From NCBI RefSeq assembly GCF_009914755.1, contig NC_060942.1: a stretch of 64,000 bases of DNA. One strand, given 5' to 3'. Source of the DNA: the human T2T-CHM13v2.0 reference genome, Homo sapiens. The notes below the pieces were generated by a model that did not search any database, was not told where the DNA came from, and worked only from the letters and a program-made list of their open reading frames with translations. Positions 46,461-64,000 of this stretch are shown here, piece after piece; the stretch's first letter is position 1, and the number at the start of each line of letters is the position of its first letter. The position numbers and the translations under genes are program-made.

Positions 46461-49324
46461 ATTTACCATAAACAGGTGAACTAAGGTTCAAATTCATACA
46501 TATGATTTTAAAACAAAACAAAACAAAAGCATCTATGCCCTTGCCAGAACAAACATAAGAATTTTGATATAAACTGAATGTAATCCGCCTTTGACTTTGG
46601 CATTGAAAGTTTTAACTCTACTAAATGTAGGTAATTTTGATATCCTGTTGAGACATTTTTATCTATTTTTACACTTAATCTTGAGAAGAGCCATTGTCAT
46701 AGATAGAAATTTAAAAGTTAAACAACATAGATTTTTGCCTTGAGACAAAATACTGATTTTTTTCTCTTATTTTGATAATATCACATAATGAAAGCACTTT
46801 TTCATTGAGAATATTATGATGTATTTTATTTTTTATTTGAGTCACTGTAATAAAAATGTCATAAAATTATAATTTGAGGTGCTACTCAGACACAAAATTA
46901 AAGAGGGTTTATGCTGAATCTTTAAAGACTCCTCAAATCTTACTTGATAAGTTTATTTATAACAATGCTTCCTGGAGATCCACAACTTACTTTAGAAAGT
47001 TTGACTTGGATCATGATCTTTTGACCAAATGTGATGTGGTAATATTATATAAAATAAAATTCTAACTTGCAACTTACTGCAGTTTTTTTCCCACTTCTGC
47101 GATGACTTGCCTTATTACAGTTTCTCCATATTATCAACTTACTGATATACTTTAGATAGCGGAATTGATTTTCAGCAGCCAATCTTTTCCCTCTTACATT
47201 ATTTATTATTTCACAAATTCAGTTGAGATGAGAGAAAATCATTTCACTTGATTTATACATAGACTAACCTCATTTTCAGGACATTGTACAGTATAATTTT
47301 GGTATTTAGTCAGATGACTAAAATATTGAGCATGAAGATTACTCGTAATGAAAATGATGAATAAATAAAATCCCTATTTGATGGTACACAATACTGAATC
47401 TCTGGTTACATCTCATTATGAGAAATGAAATCTACCAATAGTCCAGACTAAAAATTTGATTAATTTCCAAGGTAAGAAATATACAGTTAATTCCTGCTAA
47501 CACTAACACAGAAAAAGTGAATAAAGATTATCAAAAACTTTTTTAATAAAAGAAGCATTTCTGTAGTTAAAGTGATTAAGAAGAAATGAGGTAAATGAGA
47601 ACAAACTTTATGAATCAGGAGAAAAATAATCATTTGTAAAAAAAAATCCTCAAATGCAGTCATCTTATGCTAAACTCTGCTCATATTTTTTTCAATAAAC
47701 AAGCAATATTATATGCAAATTATTATGTAGTTAACATTTTTGGAAATTTAATTATAATGAAAAGAGTTTGGAGTTTTTTTGAAAGACATAAATTGAGTCT
47801 TTATTCAGATACCAACTACATGATTGTAGGCATGACATATGTTCTAGATCACGGATTTTCATCTGTAAATTGGGGAAGCTAATTTCTTTTTAAGATTATG
47901 TCCCAGTACATTATTGCATATTGTATATACTTTGCATTATTGCCTAATTCCTTGTGCCTGAGTTTATTGTATAAATTACTGAGGGCCAAAATGAAGTTGT
48001 AAACCAACATTGAAAAAAGAAGCACACTAAAATCAAATAGTAAGCTGAAAAATAACTAGTTTAAATTTCATCCAGATGTATCTGCTCATATGTCATTCAA
48101 AATCTTCGGCCAATTATTATTTACATTTAAAAAATGCAAATGATATCTGCTAGTACATTGGGAGTTTTACTATTACAACATTTAATAATCTTCTGTGAAG
48201 GTAAGACAAAATTGGAATGTAAAATAAGAATATTAAGGCTTGTTTCACGCAAAAATCTATAGTAGTGACACTTTTGATCTTACCAAATCATATGTTTTGG
48301 TCCCATTGAGGACTATCACAGATTTGAAATGATTTAGAAGCATCCCTGATCAATGAATTATTTACTGTGCACTTAAATATAGTAGCTACCATGGAGAAAT
48401 GTACCAGAACTTATGGGATTTTTGTTATTGTTTGGTGTCTTCACTTGGGTGCCATCAAAAGTAGAGGCTGAGATAAGGTCTTAGGTGTGGGCTGGTTACT
48501 TATGAGGAAAACACAGAAAGTTAGAAAATGGAAATAGGGAAAATGTGATGGAGGGAAATCCAGTAAAATGTTGCAATATATTGCAATTTCAAGGTGTCTG
48601 CTCTACAGTACATGGACTCAATTCAAAACATATGTTTCTCTTGAGAAACATAAACGGACGTTTACGTAAAAGATAGGAGACCAGATTATTTAGTTAGGGC
48701 CCACAAGATCCTGTGTCTCAAATTATTGAGACTTATTATAACAGAAATGATATTTCCATCTTGGTTCTTTTATATTACCTAAGAATATATCCTGGAGGTT
48801 ACTGCATATTTGTATCAAGAAATTCTGCCTCATTTGTTTTTATATTCCTCCATGTAGCAGAGAATATTTAAGAAGTCCACTGCTGATGGACCTTTGAATT
48901 ATTTCCAATGTTTTATGTTTACAAATGAAATCATGATAAATATTCTTGATGATATGTCACTGTGAATTATTAACAGGTTGTATATGGGATATATTTCATG
49001 GTAATGTCAGGTAAAGGCATAAATGTATATGCAGTTTTTCAAGATGGTGTCATAGTCCCCTTCACAAAGATTTTGTTATTTCATATTCTCACCAACCATG
49101 TGCAAAAATGTCTATTTCGGTATAATTTTACCCACAGGGTATGTTGTTAAACTTTTGAGGTTTTTTTTCTATTTTTATAGATGAGAAATGGCATCACAAT
49201 GTTGTTTAAATTTGTATTTTATTCATTATTATTGAAGGAGGAAAATATTTATAATGTATATTGGGATTTTCCATATGGAATGCTTATATATTGTGCCTGC
49301 TTTAAGATGGTTTTTGGTCCTTTA

Positions 49325-49615
49325 TTTTTATTTTTTAACTTTTATTTTAAGTTCAGGGGTACATATGCAGATTTATTATATAGGTAAACTCATGTTATGG
49401 GAGTTTGTTGTACAGATTATTTTGTCATACAGGTATTTAGCCTTGTACCCATTAGTTGTTTTTCCTGATCCTCTCCCTCATCCAACCCTCCACCCTCTGA
49501 TAGGCTCCAGTGTTTGTTGTTCCCCTCTATATGTCTATGTGTTCTCATAATTTAGCTCCCAGTTATAATTGAGAACTTGTGATATTTTGTTTTCTGTTCT
49601 TGCATTAGTTTGCTG
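49325..49615 (-). mobile_element. Old L1PA 3' end, embedded in older L1M sequence
   Basis: tttaagttcaggggtacatatgcag...ttttcctgatcctctccctc...tttagctcccagttataattgagaac. Confidence 0.9.
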
Positions 49616-50544
49616 AATTTATAACTGCGTGAATTTATAACTATAAAAAACTACATGTACAAGATGTCCAAGATGAACAAAACTATACAATAGAGTTCAT
49701 TTCAATATACAACATGTATTATATTCAACAAGGCTCAAATATTTTGATAAAAGGAAACAGAGACCTCTTTTTCTAGCAGGAAGATATTTTTTCTTGGGAA
49801 GTTTCGTTTATGCTGGCTTGAATAACACTATGGTGAATGTCATAAGATTAATTCATTTTTAACATCTCTGTAAAAGCCAAGGATGCAGTGTGTCCATGGG
49901 GAATTTAAATCATACATTTTAATACACATATTAAAATTACAGATTCTCAAGTAATGAGAGCTATATATATGTACGTATATAGCTCTCGCATACTAATTTT
50001 TGATCTTGCAAAGTAACATCTCAGATTCTTTGCAGTTTTGAACTAAACAGAATCAAATATACATTAAACACCAGAATAATATTGAGTATCACAACTGAGT
50101 AAGATTACTTCCATTATACAAGTATGTCTCAACATTATTAAATCTATTGATATACTTCATCACATGAAAAGATTGAAAAAATAAGGCAATCGTATTATTA
50201 AATTTCAAAACAATTTGATAAAATGTTGCATTCATTGCCAATAAAAAAAAAACCACTTAAACTAAAAAATAAGAAATTTTAACTCTATTACTATAAGCCA
50301 CAGGTAGAAACCTACTATAAACATACTTAAGAGAGACAAAAACAAACATTTTAATATACTTAGCAAAGGAGAAAGATTCACACCATTGGAGCCCTACTGC
50401 AATAATACATAATAAAATAGTGGAAAAATTTTTATTATAATGAATAATAAAACAGGGATACCTGCTATCATTCCTTTATATTTTTCTATAAAATACTATA
50501 ATCCTAGCTAACTCTGAAGATGACACTCAATATTTGTAGATTAA

Positions 50545-51030
<486 letters not shown>

Positions 51031-52519
51031 TATAGAAAATTCAAGAAATTGTAATACATTTCAAGATAATTAAAGATAATAAACTGAAAAAATATTAGAA
51101 CAACATAAAATCCATAACATACACCGGAAATATAGCTTTATAAATACATGTATTAATGTCTTACTAAATGTCAGAAAGATATACAGAGCTAAAAGCTTTG
51201 TAAAATATGTGAGATAATATATAAACATCACCAGTATATAAAAAATACTCAATGCAAAACAAATAGAGATAAAATATATGAAGAAAACAAATGAATGACC
51301 TATCAAATATGTAAACATATTCCAAATCAAACACTCATGAAAATTAATGCAACATTATAACTTTTTTTTATTCATTACATTGACAACACTGAACGACCTA
51401 ATACCCAGTATTGTCTAGGCCATAGAAAAATTCACACTCTTTGAAGTTATCGTGGAATTGTAGATTGTTAAAGCTTCTCCTGGAAAAGGGATAATTTAGC
51501 ATTACTCATTAAAATTAATGTCAGATTTGTTCTTTGCCCCCAAATTTATACTTCTAGCATGTTATTCTATAATGATTCTTAAACGTGTAAAAACATGAAC
51601 TTCCGTGTGTGAATCAAAGTATTATTCACTGATAGCAAAACACAGCAAGAACCTAAGTAATCTTTAAGCAGAAAATTATATAATAAATTTGTGTGTGTGC
51701 ATGCAAATGTGTAGAAATGGAACTAGCAGAAATGACCTCTGAAAAATGAATAATTCATTGATAGAAGGGGAAAAAAGAAACAGCATAACCAATTTGAGAA
51801 AGAGAATGTTTCTCTTTCCAGTGTCATTGATCAATTTCAAGACCCCGTCTTTTCTCATGGGCCTTTAGACTGGGTGGGGGCATGTGTCCCAGAAATTGAG
51901 ATTCATGGATCAGATGCAGCTTGTTCATCTTGTTCGCTGGTACAGGAAATGATGCGGAGCTCTTCCAATGGATTCAGAAAGAGTCACAAGTGGAGATTAA
52001 ATTTAAGTGGATTTTAGCTGTCACTGAAAAGGAAGAAGAGGTCATGTAAATGAGTTTAAAATGATAGCACTTAAGAGCCTTCATAATGAAGGAATGTATT
52101 CCAACTTAGATAACAGGACCATTTTAATAGCTAATTTGTTCACTTTTCTGATTTCTTACTAAGTCCACAACATTCATTTATAAATTTCTTTAAAGTCTTT
52201 ACATATGCAGTTGTTGAAACAAGACAAAAAGAAAGTCAACCACACAATAGCAATGAATACCTCTATCCTTATTATATCTGAAATAGTTTTCAGAATTATC
52301 ATAATTAAATGAACTAATATTAAACATGTTCAAAATATATAGCTACAGGATTATATGAATAAGTGTCACAAATTACAAACATAAGTGACATTTGTTGATA
52401 GAACAAAGCAGTGCTTTTTGTTGTTAAAAATACTCACATTTTAAATAATTTGTGGATGTTAAGTTATTCTGGGGTGAGAATAGTAGCAACTGCTCAATTC
52501 TAGATCACAAAAATTGTGC

Positions 52520-53129
52520 ACCCATTTCCTCTTGTAATGCGATAGGATTAGTTGTTACATTTAAGTCTCTGATCTATATTGAGTTAATTTTTGTGTACAG
52601 TGTAAAACAGTTGTCCAATTTCGTTCTTTTGCACGTGGATTTTCAGTTGTCCTAGCCTTGCTGAAAACACTATTCTTTCCCCTGTTGAATTGTTGCAGCA
52701 CCTATGTTGAAAATTAATTGACCATAAATGTGAAGTTTTATATCTGGATTCTCAAATATATGCCATTAAATAAGTACAGCATTGTCTAATTATTGTAGTG
52801 TTGTGGTAAGTTTTGAAATCAGGAATAGTGATTCTACCAAATTTGTTCTTTTTCCAGATCATTTTGGCTATTCTGGATCCCTCAAATTTTCATATAAAAT
52901 TAAGGATTAGCTTGTCAATTTCTGTAAAGAAACCATCTGAGATTTTGACAGGGATTACTTCAAATATGTAAATAAAATTGGAAAGTACTAATACATTCTA
53001 TATACTAATATTTTCTTAATAATGCAAATGCCTTAGTTCATGGACATATTGATCTTGTGTCCTGCAATCTTGTTGAACTAATTTCTTAGTTTTAATAACA
53101 TTTGTGGATTCTTTAGTATAATCTATATA
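52520..53129 (-). mobile_element. L1M ORF2 fragment, resuming at ~55578-55625 after the THE1 insertion
   Basis: catttaagtctctgatc...gaaaattaattgaccataaatgtg...ttttggctattctgg; resumes taagacaatgtcttctgcaaatagac. Confidence 0.8.
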
Positions 53130-55577
<2,448 letters not shown>

Positions 55578-57622
55578 ATATATAAGACAATGTCTTCTGC
55601 AAATAGACAATAAGTTTGAACATTTCTCCCCCTTGCTCTCTCTGCTGAATTACCACTTATTCTCCACATCCATCCACTGAATGTTGCAGCCCCTGTCAAG
55701 CAGCTCTGACTATGGCTATTTTCTGTGTGTGCTACTAATCAGTCTCTCTCTTTGTCCCTTTAGGCCCCTGGGTGCCAATGGCTTTTTGATTTTTTTAGCC
55801 CTGAGGGACCTCATTAACTATTATACATTTCTTATAGTCTTGCCCATACAATTTTCCTACCTTAGAATATCTTTTAAATTATATGTTAACATACTAATAT
55901 GTATAAAAATCTAAGACATAGTCTAAAATGATAAAAATAATTTGCATTGTGAAAAAATATATTACTTCTTTCAATCTAAGTATGGGAAACCTTAAATATC
56001 TAAGGCCCTAAATCCTATGCTACTGCTAATTTGCCTTTGCTTTTAAGGATTTAGAAATATTAATGCAAAGCAAGCACAGTGAAACAATATGTAGCATTTA
56101 TACTGAGAATCACTATTTTGAGAAATTTCTAACCTTAGTGTATGTTGGGAATTTAGAATCTATTAAAACGTCATGAAGAGTGCTGCATTTGTCTTTCAAT
56201 AGTGATACATGTAAGGCAAATGCATTAATTGGCTTTTGAGTCAGAACAGTTTTTTTATGAATTACATATTAGCTGCAGTTCAAATTAATCCATATGCCTC
56301 AGTTTTATTTGAGAGCAGAAAATGCCAGGTTTGAATAACTACCAATAAGTGACATGTCAAAATAATTCATATTAAAGTATTACATATACTTCAATATCCT
56401 CAAACATATCAGTCAATTTTACAATAGCTTCTATTGAAATTCATCATAATTTTCAAAGAAAATTAGGCATAGAACAATTATTCTCTCCTTATCATTGTGT
56501 TTAGTGTCTTAGAAATAAGCCAGTTACTGAGTGAGAGAGATTTTGAAAGAAAAAAGGCATTGTAAAACAGCACCTTAGGTGGAAGAATTACAGATTTTAA
56601 TTGAAAAACATTACGCTTACATTTCAATAGCTGGCATTTCTCACTTTTATATAAAATTTTAATAATAATGGGTATGATGAAAAACACACTTGGTAATAAG
56701 ATTTTGCATTTAAAATCTATTAAAATTTTATTAGTTTCTCAAATCCAGGAAGAAGATATTTTTGCATATAAGGTACATATTTTCCCTCCTGTTGTTGCTC
56801 CAGTGCTATTTCTTATAAGAAACTCAAGCTCTTTAGCATTTGTGCCTGCCTTATGAAATTTACTACTTTTTGTTTTTTTTTACTATTCTACTTATCATCT
56901 CAGTTTCATTTCGTTTTCCCACCTCCTCTCCATAATTCAGCCTGTAGAGATGTATTACTAGCCTGTGGAACATGATCTTTCAAAACATGCAGCCAATTGT
57001 GCAGAGGTCTGTATCTTTGTTGCTTTGATATTTCCAAGCTAAAATAAGGCAGATGTCATTATTGGGGATCACTTTGAAAAGATCTTAAATCATGGGTAAT
57101 TCCTTCTTTTTGTATGAGGAATGATTGTCCACGGAAACTAGGAAGGCGAAGACACATAAAATCCCTGGGCCCATGTATGTTGATTATAAGAAGGTTGCAG
57201 GACCTGAACAATGACATTATGTCTGTGGATAATAAATACAGATGACTTTATAGCTTCCAAAATATGTTCCAGAAACAATTTTATGTTACATACATTATAG
57301 TCCTCATTTAATTAACAAACACATAGTTGCAAAACTTTCCCAAAAACTCACATATACCCAAATTCACAGCATTCTAAAAACAATTGCTAAACCATCCACG
57401 TGGTACTTGCCAAATGATGGCCCCAGAACTATTCTGCTGACATTAATGCATTACCCATTATATAAAAAAAGGGACAAGGATGAGAGGGGAGAGGGGAGGG
57501 AGAGAGTTTATTTTAAGGGAACAGTGTGAATGGCATTCCATTTATCCATCACCATCTGTGGCTGAAAGGAAGAAGGCGTTTATCTTTTAGCTTAAGTCAA
57601 GTGAGGAGGGGAATTTCAGGAG

Positions 57623-57624
<2 letters not shown>

Positions 57625-57665
<41 letters not shown>
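57625..57665. repeat. (CA)n microsatellite
   Basis: About 20 CA units. Confidence 0.95.
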
Positions 57666-57668
<3 letters not shown>

Positions 57669-59618
57669 CACCCATATAACCATACAACAAAACAAAACAA
57701 AGCCTTTGAGACCTTGATTTAAGCGCAGGATTTCAGGAGATACGAGTATGTTGTAGCTTACTGAACAAGGATACAGCGATCTATGTGTTTTACAATGACA
57801 AAGCAAAAGCATGAATTTCCCAAGGACTAGATTTAAGAACATGCTAGGCTTGTGTTATTGTAAAAGGGATCTTGATCAAGACTACCATCAAGAGAGAAAA
57901 TGCAGCTGCAGCAAGAGCAAGAGACAAGGTGAAGTCCAATGGCTCACTTCAAAAAATAGTGGCCAAAGGACCCCAGAAAGAATATAAGAGTAACCTTCAC
58001 TGTCATCCTACTGGAAGACAATTCCACTTTCAACATTCATTCACCAAGTCCAGAGAGTACCAACACCATCTCTGGTGTACCATACGCGTAAGCCTGTGTT
58101 CACTACTCCAAATATCAGCTTACCTGGGCCCTATCTGTTAGGCAAGGTAGCAGAAGAGAAAGTAAGGTAAGGAGAAGGAAACAAAAGCCATCACATTTCT
58201 CCCTCCACTACAGACTCCTAACACTGGAGTGAGCCCAAGTTAGGGGAGACAAGAAACGTTAAACAGATACATGTTTGTCATTCGGACTTTTTACAATGGA
58301 TTGGACTATGTATTGGTACTGAATGAGTAGGACCATTTGAAATGTCAAAACATCAATTGCTGAGCATGTAATTATCAGGAGTGGTATGTTCTGCTAGAGA
58401 TTTTATTTAGTGAGACAGAGAAAAAAAGAATAAAGTTGCTTTCTCCTGCATACTAGTGAATCCAGGATGATTTTTTCTTATAGAAACAATACTTTTCACA
58501 TCCTGCTGTTTAGACAAATTCACATCAGCCCTTTTCTCACATATAAAATACATATCTGTTTTGGCACTTACAAACACTGAGGAGCAGCAATTTCCTTTCT
58601 TCCCTCATCACATTTTTGACATATCAATATAACCTTAATCAATTGATCATTGCCAACATGCTAATCATAAGCACTAGCTCAGCCCAGGTTTATTGCAATT
58701 AGGTTATTTCACAAGTTGAAAACATCCCCTGGTGGATTTTAATAAAACAGGGAACTTTGCTGTGAAACTCTAGTTGTGATATGTTCAAAAAGCACATGTT
58801 ATTAAAAATTTTAGGGATTTAAACTTTTATATACATATTATGTGTTAAAATTAACATTTCAATATAAATACAATAGAAAAAGGGGGAGCAGATACAAAAA
58901 GAAGCTGGCAATACATAGATTTTTTACATGTTATCAAGATATGAAAATATTTTAATAAAGTACTGAATCTGTTTAAAATATCGAATTCTACTCATGTGTT
59001 AAAAGCGTGTTTTGAGTAGTTAGGACGCTCAAAATGCTGATTACATCTCCAGCACGTAGCCCGTGCTGGATATTTATATATCTGGTCCTACCTATTTACG
59101 AGAAAAATAAGAAACAGAAAAAGAAAGAAGCAGAAATTAAAAGGATAAGGAAGCTAAAAAGGCAGGCAACGAAGAGATAAACTCTATGATAGTGTTATTA
59201 TTTATTTCAGATGTAAAGTTATATTACATATTCTTTTTAAGTCTATTTGTCCTCTAGCAGCAAATGTACTCCTACTTTTAGGATTATAAATCAAAACTAT
59301 TTATTGAGAAACTGTCATAAGTCAGGCACTATATTCAAGCTATGATTCTTTTACTATTTGAAATAAGGTTTAACCAGAAGGTTTACATGGAGTTAAAAAG
59401 TGACCAAATATTTAAAATGACTCAAACTGAATATGCTTTGTTTAGTTCAGGTCCATTAAACATCAAGGGTAGACATGCCAGAGTTGCTTGAGTTCAGTAC
59501 TGAGCTTGGTCAACTATCTCCTGCTGATAAATAACAAAGAGGCAAAGATGACATTGAAACTAAATGATCCTGAGAAGGTGAAGGTTGAGCCCTCTTGAAG
59601 CACATCCATAAATATATG

Positions 59619-59646
59619 CACACACACACACACACACACACACACA
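59619..59646. repeat. (CA)n microsatellite
   Basis: About 14 CA units. Confidence 0.95.
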
Positions 59647-61994
59647 AGCCCCAAGTCACTTGGTCACTTCATAGGAAATAACTTCAACTACCAATGTGTA
59701 TGTTTTGGGAAATAAACATGGAAGAAGATAGGTCAGAGTCAGCTTAGTGTCATCATCAAAAAATGCCTGTACTACTTGGCTCTTCTTTAAATACGATACT
59801 TGGGTTAGGAACAAAGACTCTGCTGGAAAAGCAGTTTAATTATCACCAGCCTTCTCAAAGCAAAGCACAAAACAACTACTGTGGGATTTCAAATCTGTCA
59901 TCAATCTCTCTTATACTTCATTCATCACAAGGCCCCTGTATTTAACAAGCACTAGGCCTCACCCACTTCAAAGACCATGGGGAAACCCACTTCAACAAAA
60001 GTCTCCTTTGAGCCTATGTGGAGTGATTTTACTTTTTTCTTACTCTTCATCCCAGAAGTTAATTCCAGAGTTGGTTGATACAATAATCTTGAGCAATCGA
60101 CTGCAGACCTAAACACTTCTTGGCTGACTTTATCCCATTTGAAATGCATAAAGTTACTGTGATTCAAGTTATGCCCTAGGTGTTGATTTTTTATGAGCCT
60201 ATAATCCCAGAGATGTAACATTTGATTTGTTCACATGGTGTCTATAAGAGTACCTTGCAGTGATAGAAAATTAGAAACAACATTTATTAATAAGTGCCAG
60301 GTTTCAAGGACTCCTGATCCATCCCCATGACATAAATCCTGGAATCTGCAGCATGTATATTTGAAATACATTACCATAAAATATTTATAATTACTTTTTA
60401 AATTCTCTTGGACTTGTCTTGGTGTCAGAAATATAATATTTATTTATTATTATTTTTCTCTTGGCTCATTTCTCTGTGCATTTTCAGAGAATAACACTTG
60501 ACCTAAACATTTGCATTTTTAATTTATTTATAATAAAAAGAACTGATAATTTGCCAACCGAGACATTATGGTGATCTTCACCACAAGACATAGATGCTAT
60601 GTATCTATGTGTGTACATACTGTGATGCAAACAAAGAAAGTAAAATGTGGAGCAACTAGATAGTTTGTCCAAGGTCACACTGAAGGAAAGCCAACACCCA
60701 GGAATCTCACTCTGTTGCCTGTTTGCTTAACAATACCTTAAGCTGCCCATCTATCAACTGCAGCTCAGTTCAAATCCATCCTCCTTCGTGATCCCTTCTC
60801 TGACCTCTTGGACTCCAAATCCTTTGCGGCATCCCTACGACATTGGCTGTGTTGTTTATTTAGAACATATCATGTACCATTTTCCATTGTCAGTTATCTA
60901 AGTGGACTAAAATTTCTGGTAGGCAGATCCTAAATCTTGGATTATCAAGGACCTACACCCAATATCATCCGTAAGACTCAAAGCTAAGCAGTTACTCGAT
61001 TTTATAAGCTCTTTAGAAGAATCAAAACTGGAGTATATAAAAAGCTTTTCTAAATACAATTTTGAATAATAGAGTCATAGATTTACTATCATTAATACTT
61101 GCGTATAAAGAAAGAAAACCAAAGGATTTATTTACTTTTGCATCTTATAATTATCCAACTCATATCTACCAAAAGTAGGTACTGATTACAGACCAATGTT
61201 TCACAAGCCCCAGTGAGCACGGATTGCTTAACACAGAGAGAAATTGTTATTCCCTGATACACAGACTGAGAAACAGAAATGATTAAGAAAGGCCTACCCG
61301 CCTGTGGCCAACCTCTTTGGAAGTAGAGGATATCTACATCATGTTTCCTTTGATGTTAGGAATGAGGACTCCAGACTAACACAGATTGTATTTTCCCTGA
61401 TACTAATCATAATTTCCTCAAATTTTCCAGTTCCAACCACTAGATGTCATGCAGAGACCACAAAGTAGAACATCTTAGTGGTTTTCGTTGTTTTTTTTTT
61501 TCCCCACGTCGAGCATTACCAATTTTATTAACTTCAACATTTAAGGTGGTTTGGAAAAATTTTAAGTAACAGGCACTAAAGACACAGGTCAGTGCAATTT
61601 ATTTCACAGGCTGGGTGCATAGACATTATGGCAAAAATGTATAGAATTAAAAGTACTACTTCATTCATAGCAAAGCATTATTTCTGGAATCTGAAAAATT
61701 CATGCAAGTGGGTTCCAAAAAAATAAAAAAGATAGACAGAGAGAGAGAAATTCTAAAGCCTCCCTTCTTTAGCAATCATGTACTTTACCCTGGTAGACAA
61801 AACTGGAATTCAAGAAAATAGAAAGAAAGCTTATATAATAGAAAAAAAATTAAAAGTTTTGGATTAAATACTAGCTTGGACATGTGCTAATTGAGTAAAC
61901 CTGCTGTAGTACTTAACTTCTGTAAGTATCTGTTTCCTGGTCTGTGAAATGAGAATACCTGACATGCAATAATTGGGAAGTTTCAATAAAACAT

Positions 61995-61998
<4 letters not shown>

Positions 61999-62042
<44 letters not shown>

Positions 62043-62061
62043 ATATATATGTATATATGTA
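61999..62061. repeat. (TA)n microsatellite next to a MIR remnant (~61855-61995)
   Basis: About 20 perfect TA units plus a degenerate tail. Confidence 0.95.
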
Positions 62062-63004
62062 TCTCAGGACCTCAGAAGAGAATTAAAGAGTTATAGATTC
62101 TGGAGTCAGCAAGTTATGAGTGAGAGGTGAAGCAACTGGAAGAGGACTAAGTTGTCCAAAAAGACTGCAGCAGATTAAAAAAAAAAAAAAAAGAGCATCT
62201 GGCTTTAGGCATGGGAACATTTCAGAAATGGGTAAGCAAAAGATAAGAAAGAATCTACAGATACCAGTTTGGGTGTATAAGTAAAAAGATAATTTCAAAA
62301 TCATTTCTTTATTGTTTATAATTAGATAAGCCTCCACTAGTGGGAAATGAGAGTAAGAAGACAGAAAAAAAATTGACCTCTTGAGAATAAAAATTCTCAA
62401 GGAGGTGAAAGGAGATGGGATTCAGACCTGGACAAGGCTGATTGGAAAGATAAAGGATCCCTCCAAGCATACAATTAAAAATACAAACAATAATAAACCA
62501 AAATAAGTTTAAGGGAGGCCAACAGAGTTTGAAGAAGTAAACAATATAACATCTCACCCACCACCACACAAAACTAGCTTTTTAATCAAGAGAAAACTTA
62601 TAAAATGGGAATCATGGCCTTTATCCTAAGAGCCATACTGGATGTAAAAATCTCTCTAAAGTACATGATACATATTTAAATATACACATATACATACACA
62701 CATACACATACGCATATATAAGTTTTTGAAAAACAAAATTATGAAAAATTTTTCTTTTTTATGCATCTTTTGCTTGTATCAATAAATCCTACAGTCAACT
62801 TACAATGAAGGCCAGTTCTTCTCAAACACCATAATGCTCTGCCTAAATCATTCATTTAAAAAATCATGGGTAAAACTTTATGAATAAAATGAAGTATACT
62901 TTATGTTAAATAATTTTGAATTTTCTCTATTTAAAAATAATATTGAGATTATGACTCCAGTAAACAAAACTGAAATGCTAAAGATTACATTTAAATAACA
63001 CATT

Positions 63005-63208
63005 CTTTATTATTATTATTTTCTTATTTTAAGTTTTACTTTAAGTTCTGGGATATGTGTGCAGAACATGCAGGTTTGTTACATAGGTATACATGTGCCG
63101 TGGTGGTTTGCTGAACCTAACAAACTGTCATGTAGGTTTTAAGCCTCGCATGCATTAGGTATTTGTCCTAATGCTCTTCCTCTCTCCCCTTGCCCCCCAC
63201 CCACCGAC
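63005..63208 (-). mobile_element. L1PA 3' end (short)
   Basis: actttaagttctgggatatgtgtgcagaacatgcaggtttgttacataggtatacatgtgcc...gcattaggtatttgtcctaatgct. Confidence 0.93.
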
Positions 63209-64000
63209 ATAGTGCATTAAAACATCAAGTATTGTAATTTGCAGTTTGTGATACACCATTTAGGCTAGAATAAGAAACCTTTTAAGTATGAAATAGGAAG
63301 ACATAAAGAAATTAATTAATTTTTAAATTTAATTTTAAATTTTCAATTAATGTTTATATTTTAATAATAATGCTTATAGTTTAATATTAGCTATTGATGT
63401 TTTATCTATAAAGGTAGACTATGAAATTTACTTTTTACATATTTCAACTTTCTTAGTTTTCAAGATTTTTCAAATCATGTACATATTTGATGATTTTTAT
63501 GATTCATTGAGGTAACTATTTGATAATATTGTTCAAAATGACCACATTAATTATGTTTTTAGTAATGATTTACTCCCCAAAAGGTATATGTTTCCACCTT
63601 AAATTCCTGTAAATAAAATTCTTGTGATAGCTTCTTAAAAAGTAAGAGAAAAGAAAGACAGAGAAAACTGATTCCTTTCTACTTGGAGCTTGATTTCAAA
63701 TATGTAAACCCCAACTACGTAATTCTGTACACAGGGATCTCATTATTTATTTTCATAGTTGCTGCTTTGTTTAAAATTTTGTCTCTAAAGTTTGTATTTG
63801 GCAAGACAAATAGAAATAAGCTGGTTTATAATTTTTCTTATTCTAAGATGTGCATGTGTATATGTGTAAGTATGTTTTAATTTCTAATGGCCTGTCCAGA
63901 TGATGGTATCACTCCTGGAGACATGGCAACCCATATGAGAATGTTTATATACACTGGGGTGGAGAAGAACAACCATGCCCACATCCTAATTTAAATCACC

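Noticed and set aside
47400-48210. Strong donor-like sites (CAAG|gtaaga ~47471, GAAG|gtaaga ~48201) as exons of a host gene
   Set aside because: No convincing matching acceptors or recognisable coding sequence; cannot be supported without transcript data.

Overview
Primate (human/great-ape-like) nuclear DNA with no intact protein-coding gene that I can support. It reads as a pericentromeric/subtelomeric segmental-duplication mosaic. (1) 1-14.6 kb: repeat-rich sequence with L2, a twin-primed L1, MaLR, Alu, MIR and a 48-bp triple repeat. (2) 14.7-19.9 kb: an L1 ORF2 body cut off at its 3' end and joined to a degenerate interstitial (CCCTAA)n array, then TAR1, then an MST internal fragment and LTR. 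(3) ~21.7-22.2 kb: an orphan L1PA 5' UTR with a dead ORF0. (4) 24.5-25.9 kb: three pseudo-exons of a TBC1D3/TBC1D26/USP6-family TBC gene. (5) 30.6-39.5 kb: a GC-rich, intron-containing copy of the RABL6 3' half plus AJM1 (C9orf172), which are neighbours at human 9q34.3. Both are disabled, but a CpG island, TATA/CRE/GC-box motifs and a clean 5' UTR intron remain. (6) ~43.4-43.8 kb: a junction holding a ~240-bp copy of sequence from 26.7 kb plus a GCAAAAAGCCGCGG/(CGG)10 repeat. (7) 43.8-64 kb: AT-rich, L1-rich DNA with a nested L1>THE1>AluY. I see no evidence of a new biological system. The most interesting signals are the junction architecture and a possible chimeric minus-strand transcript. 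Gene and repeat-family identifications come from recalled sequences, not from searches, and subfamily names and most repeat boundaries are approximate.
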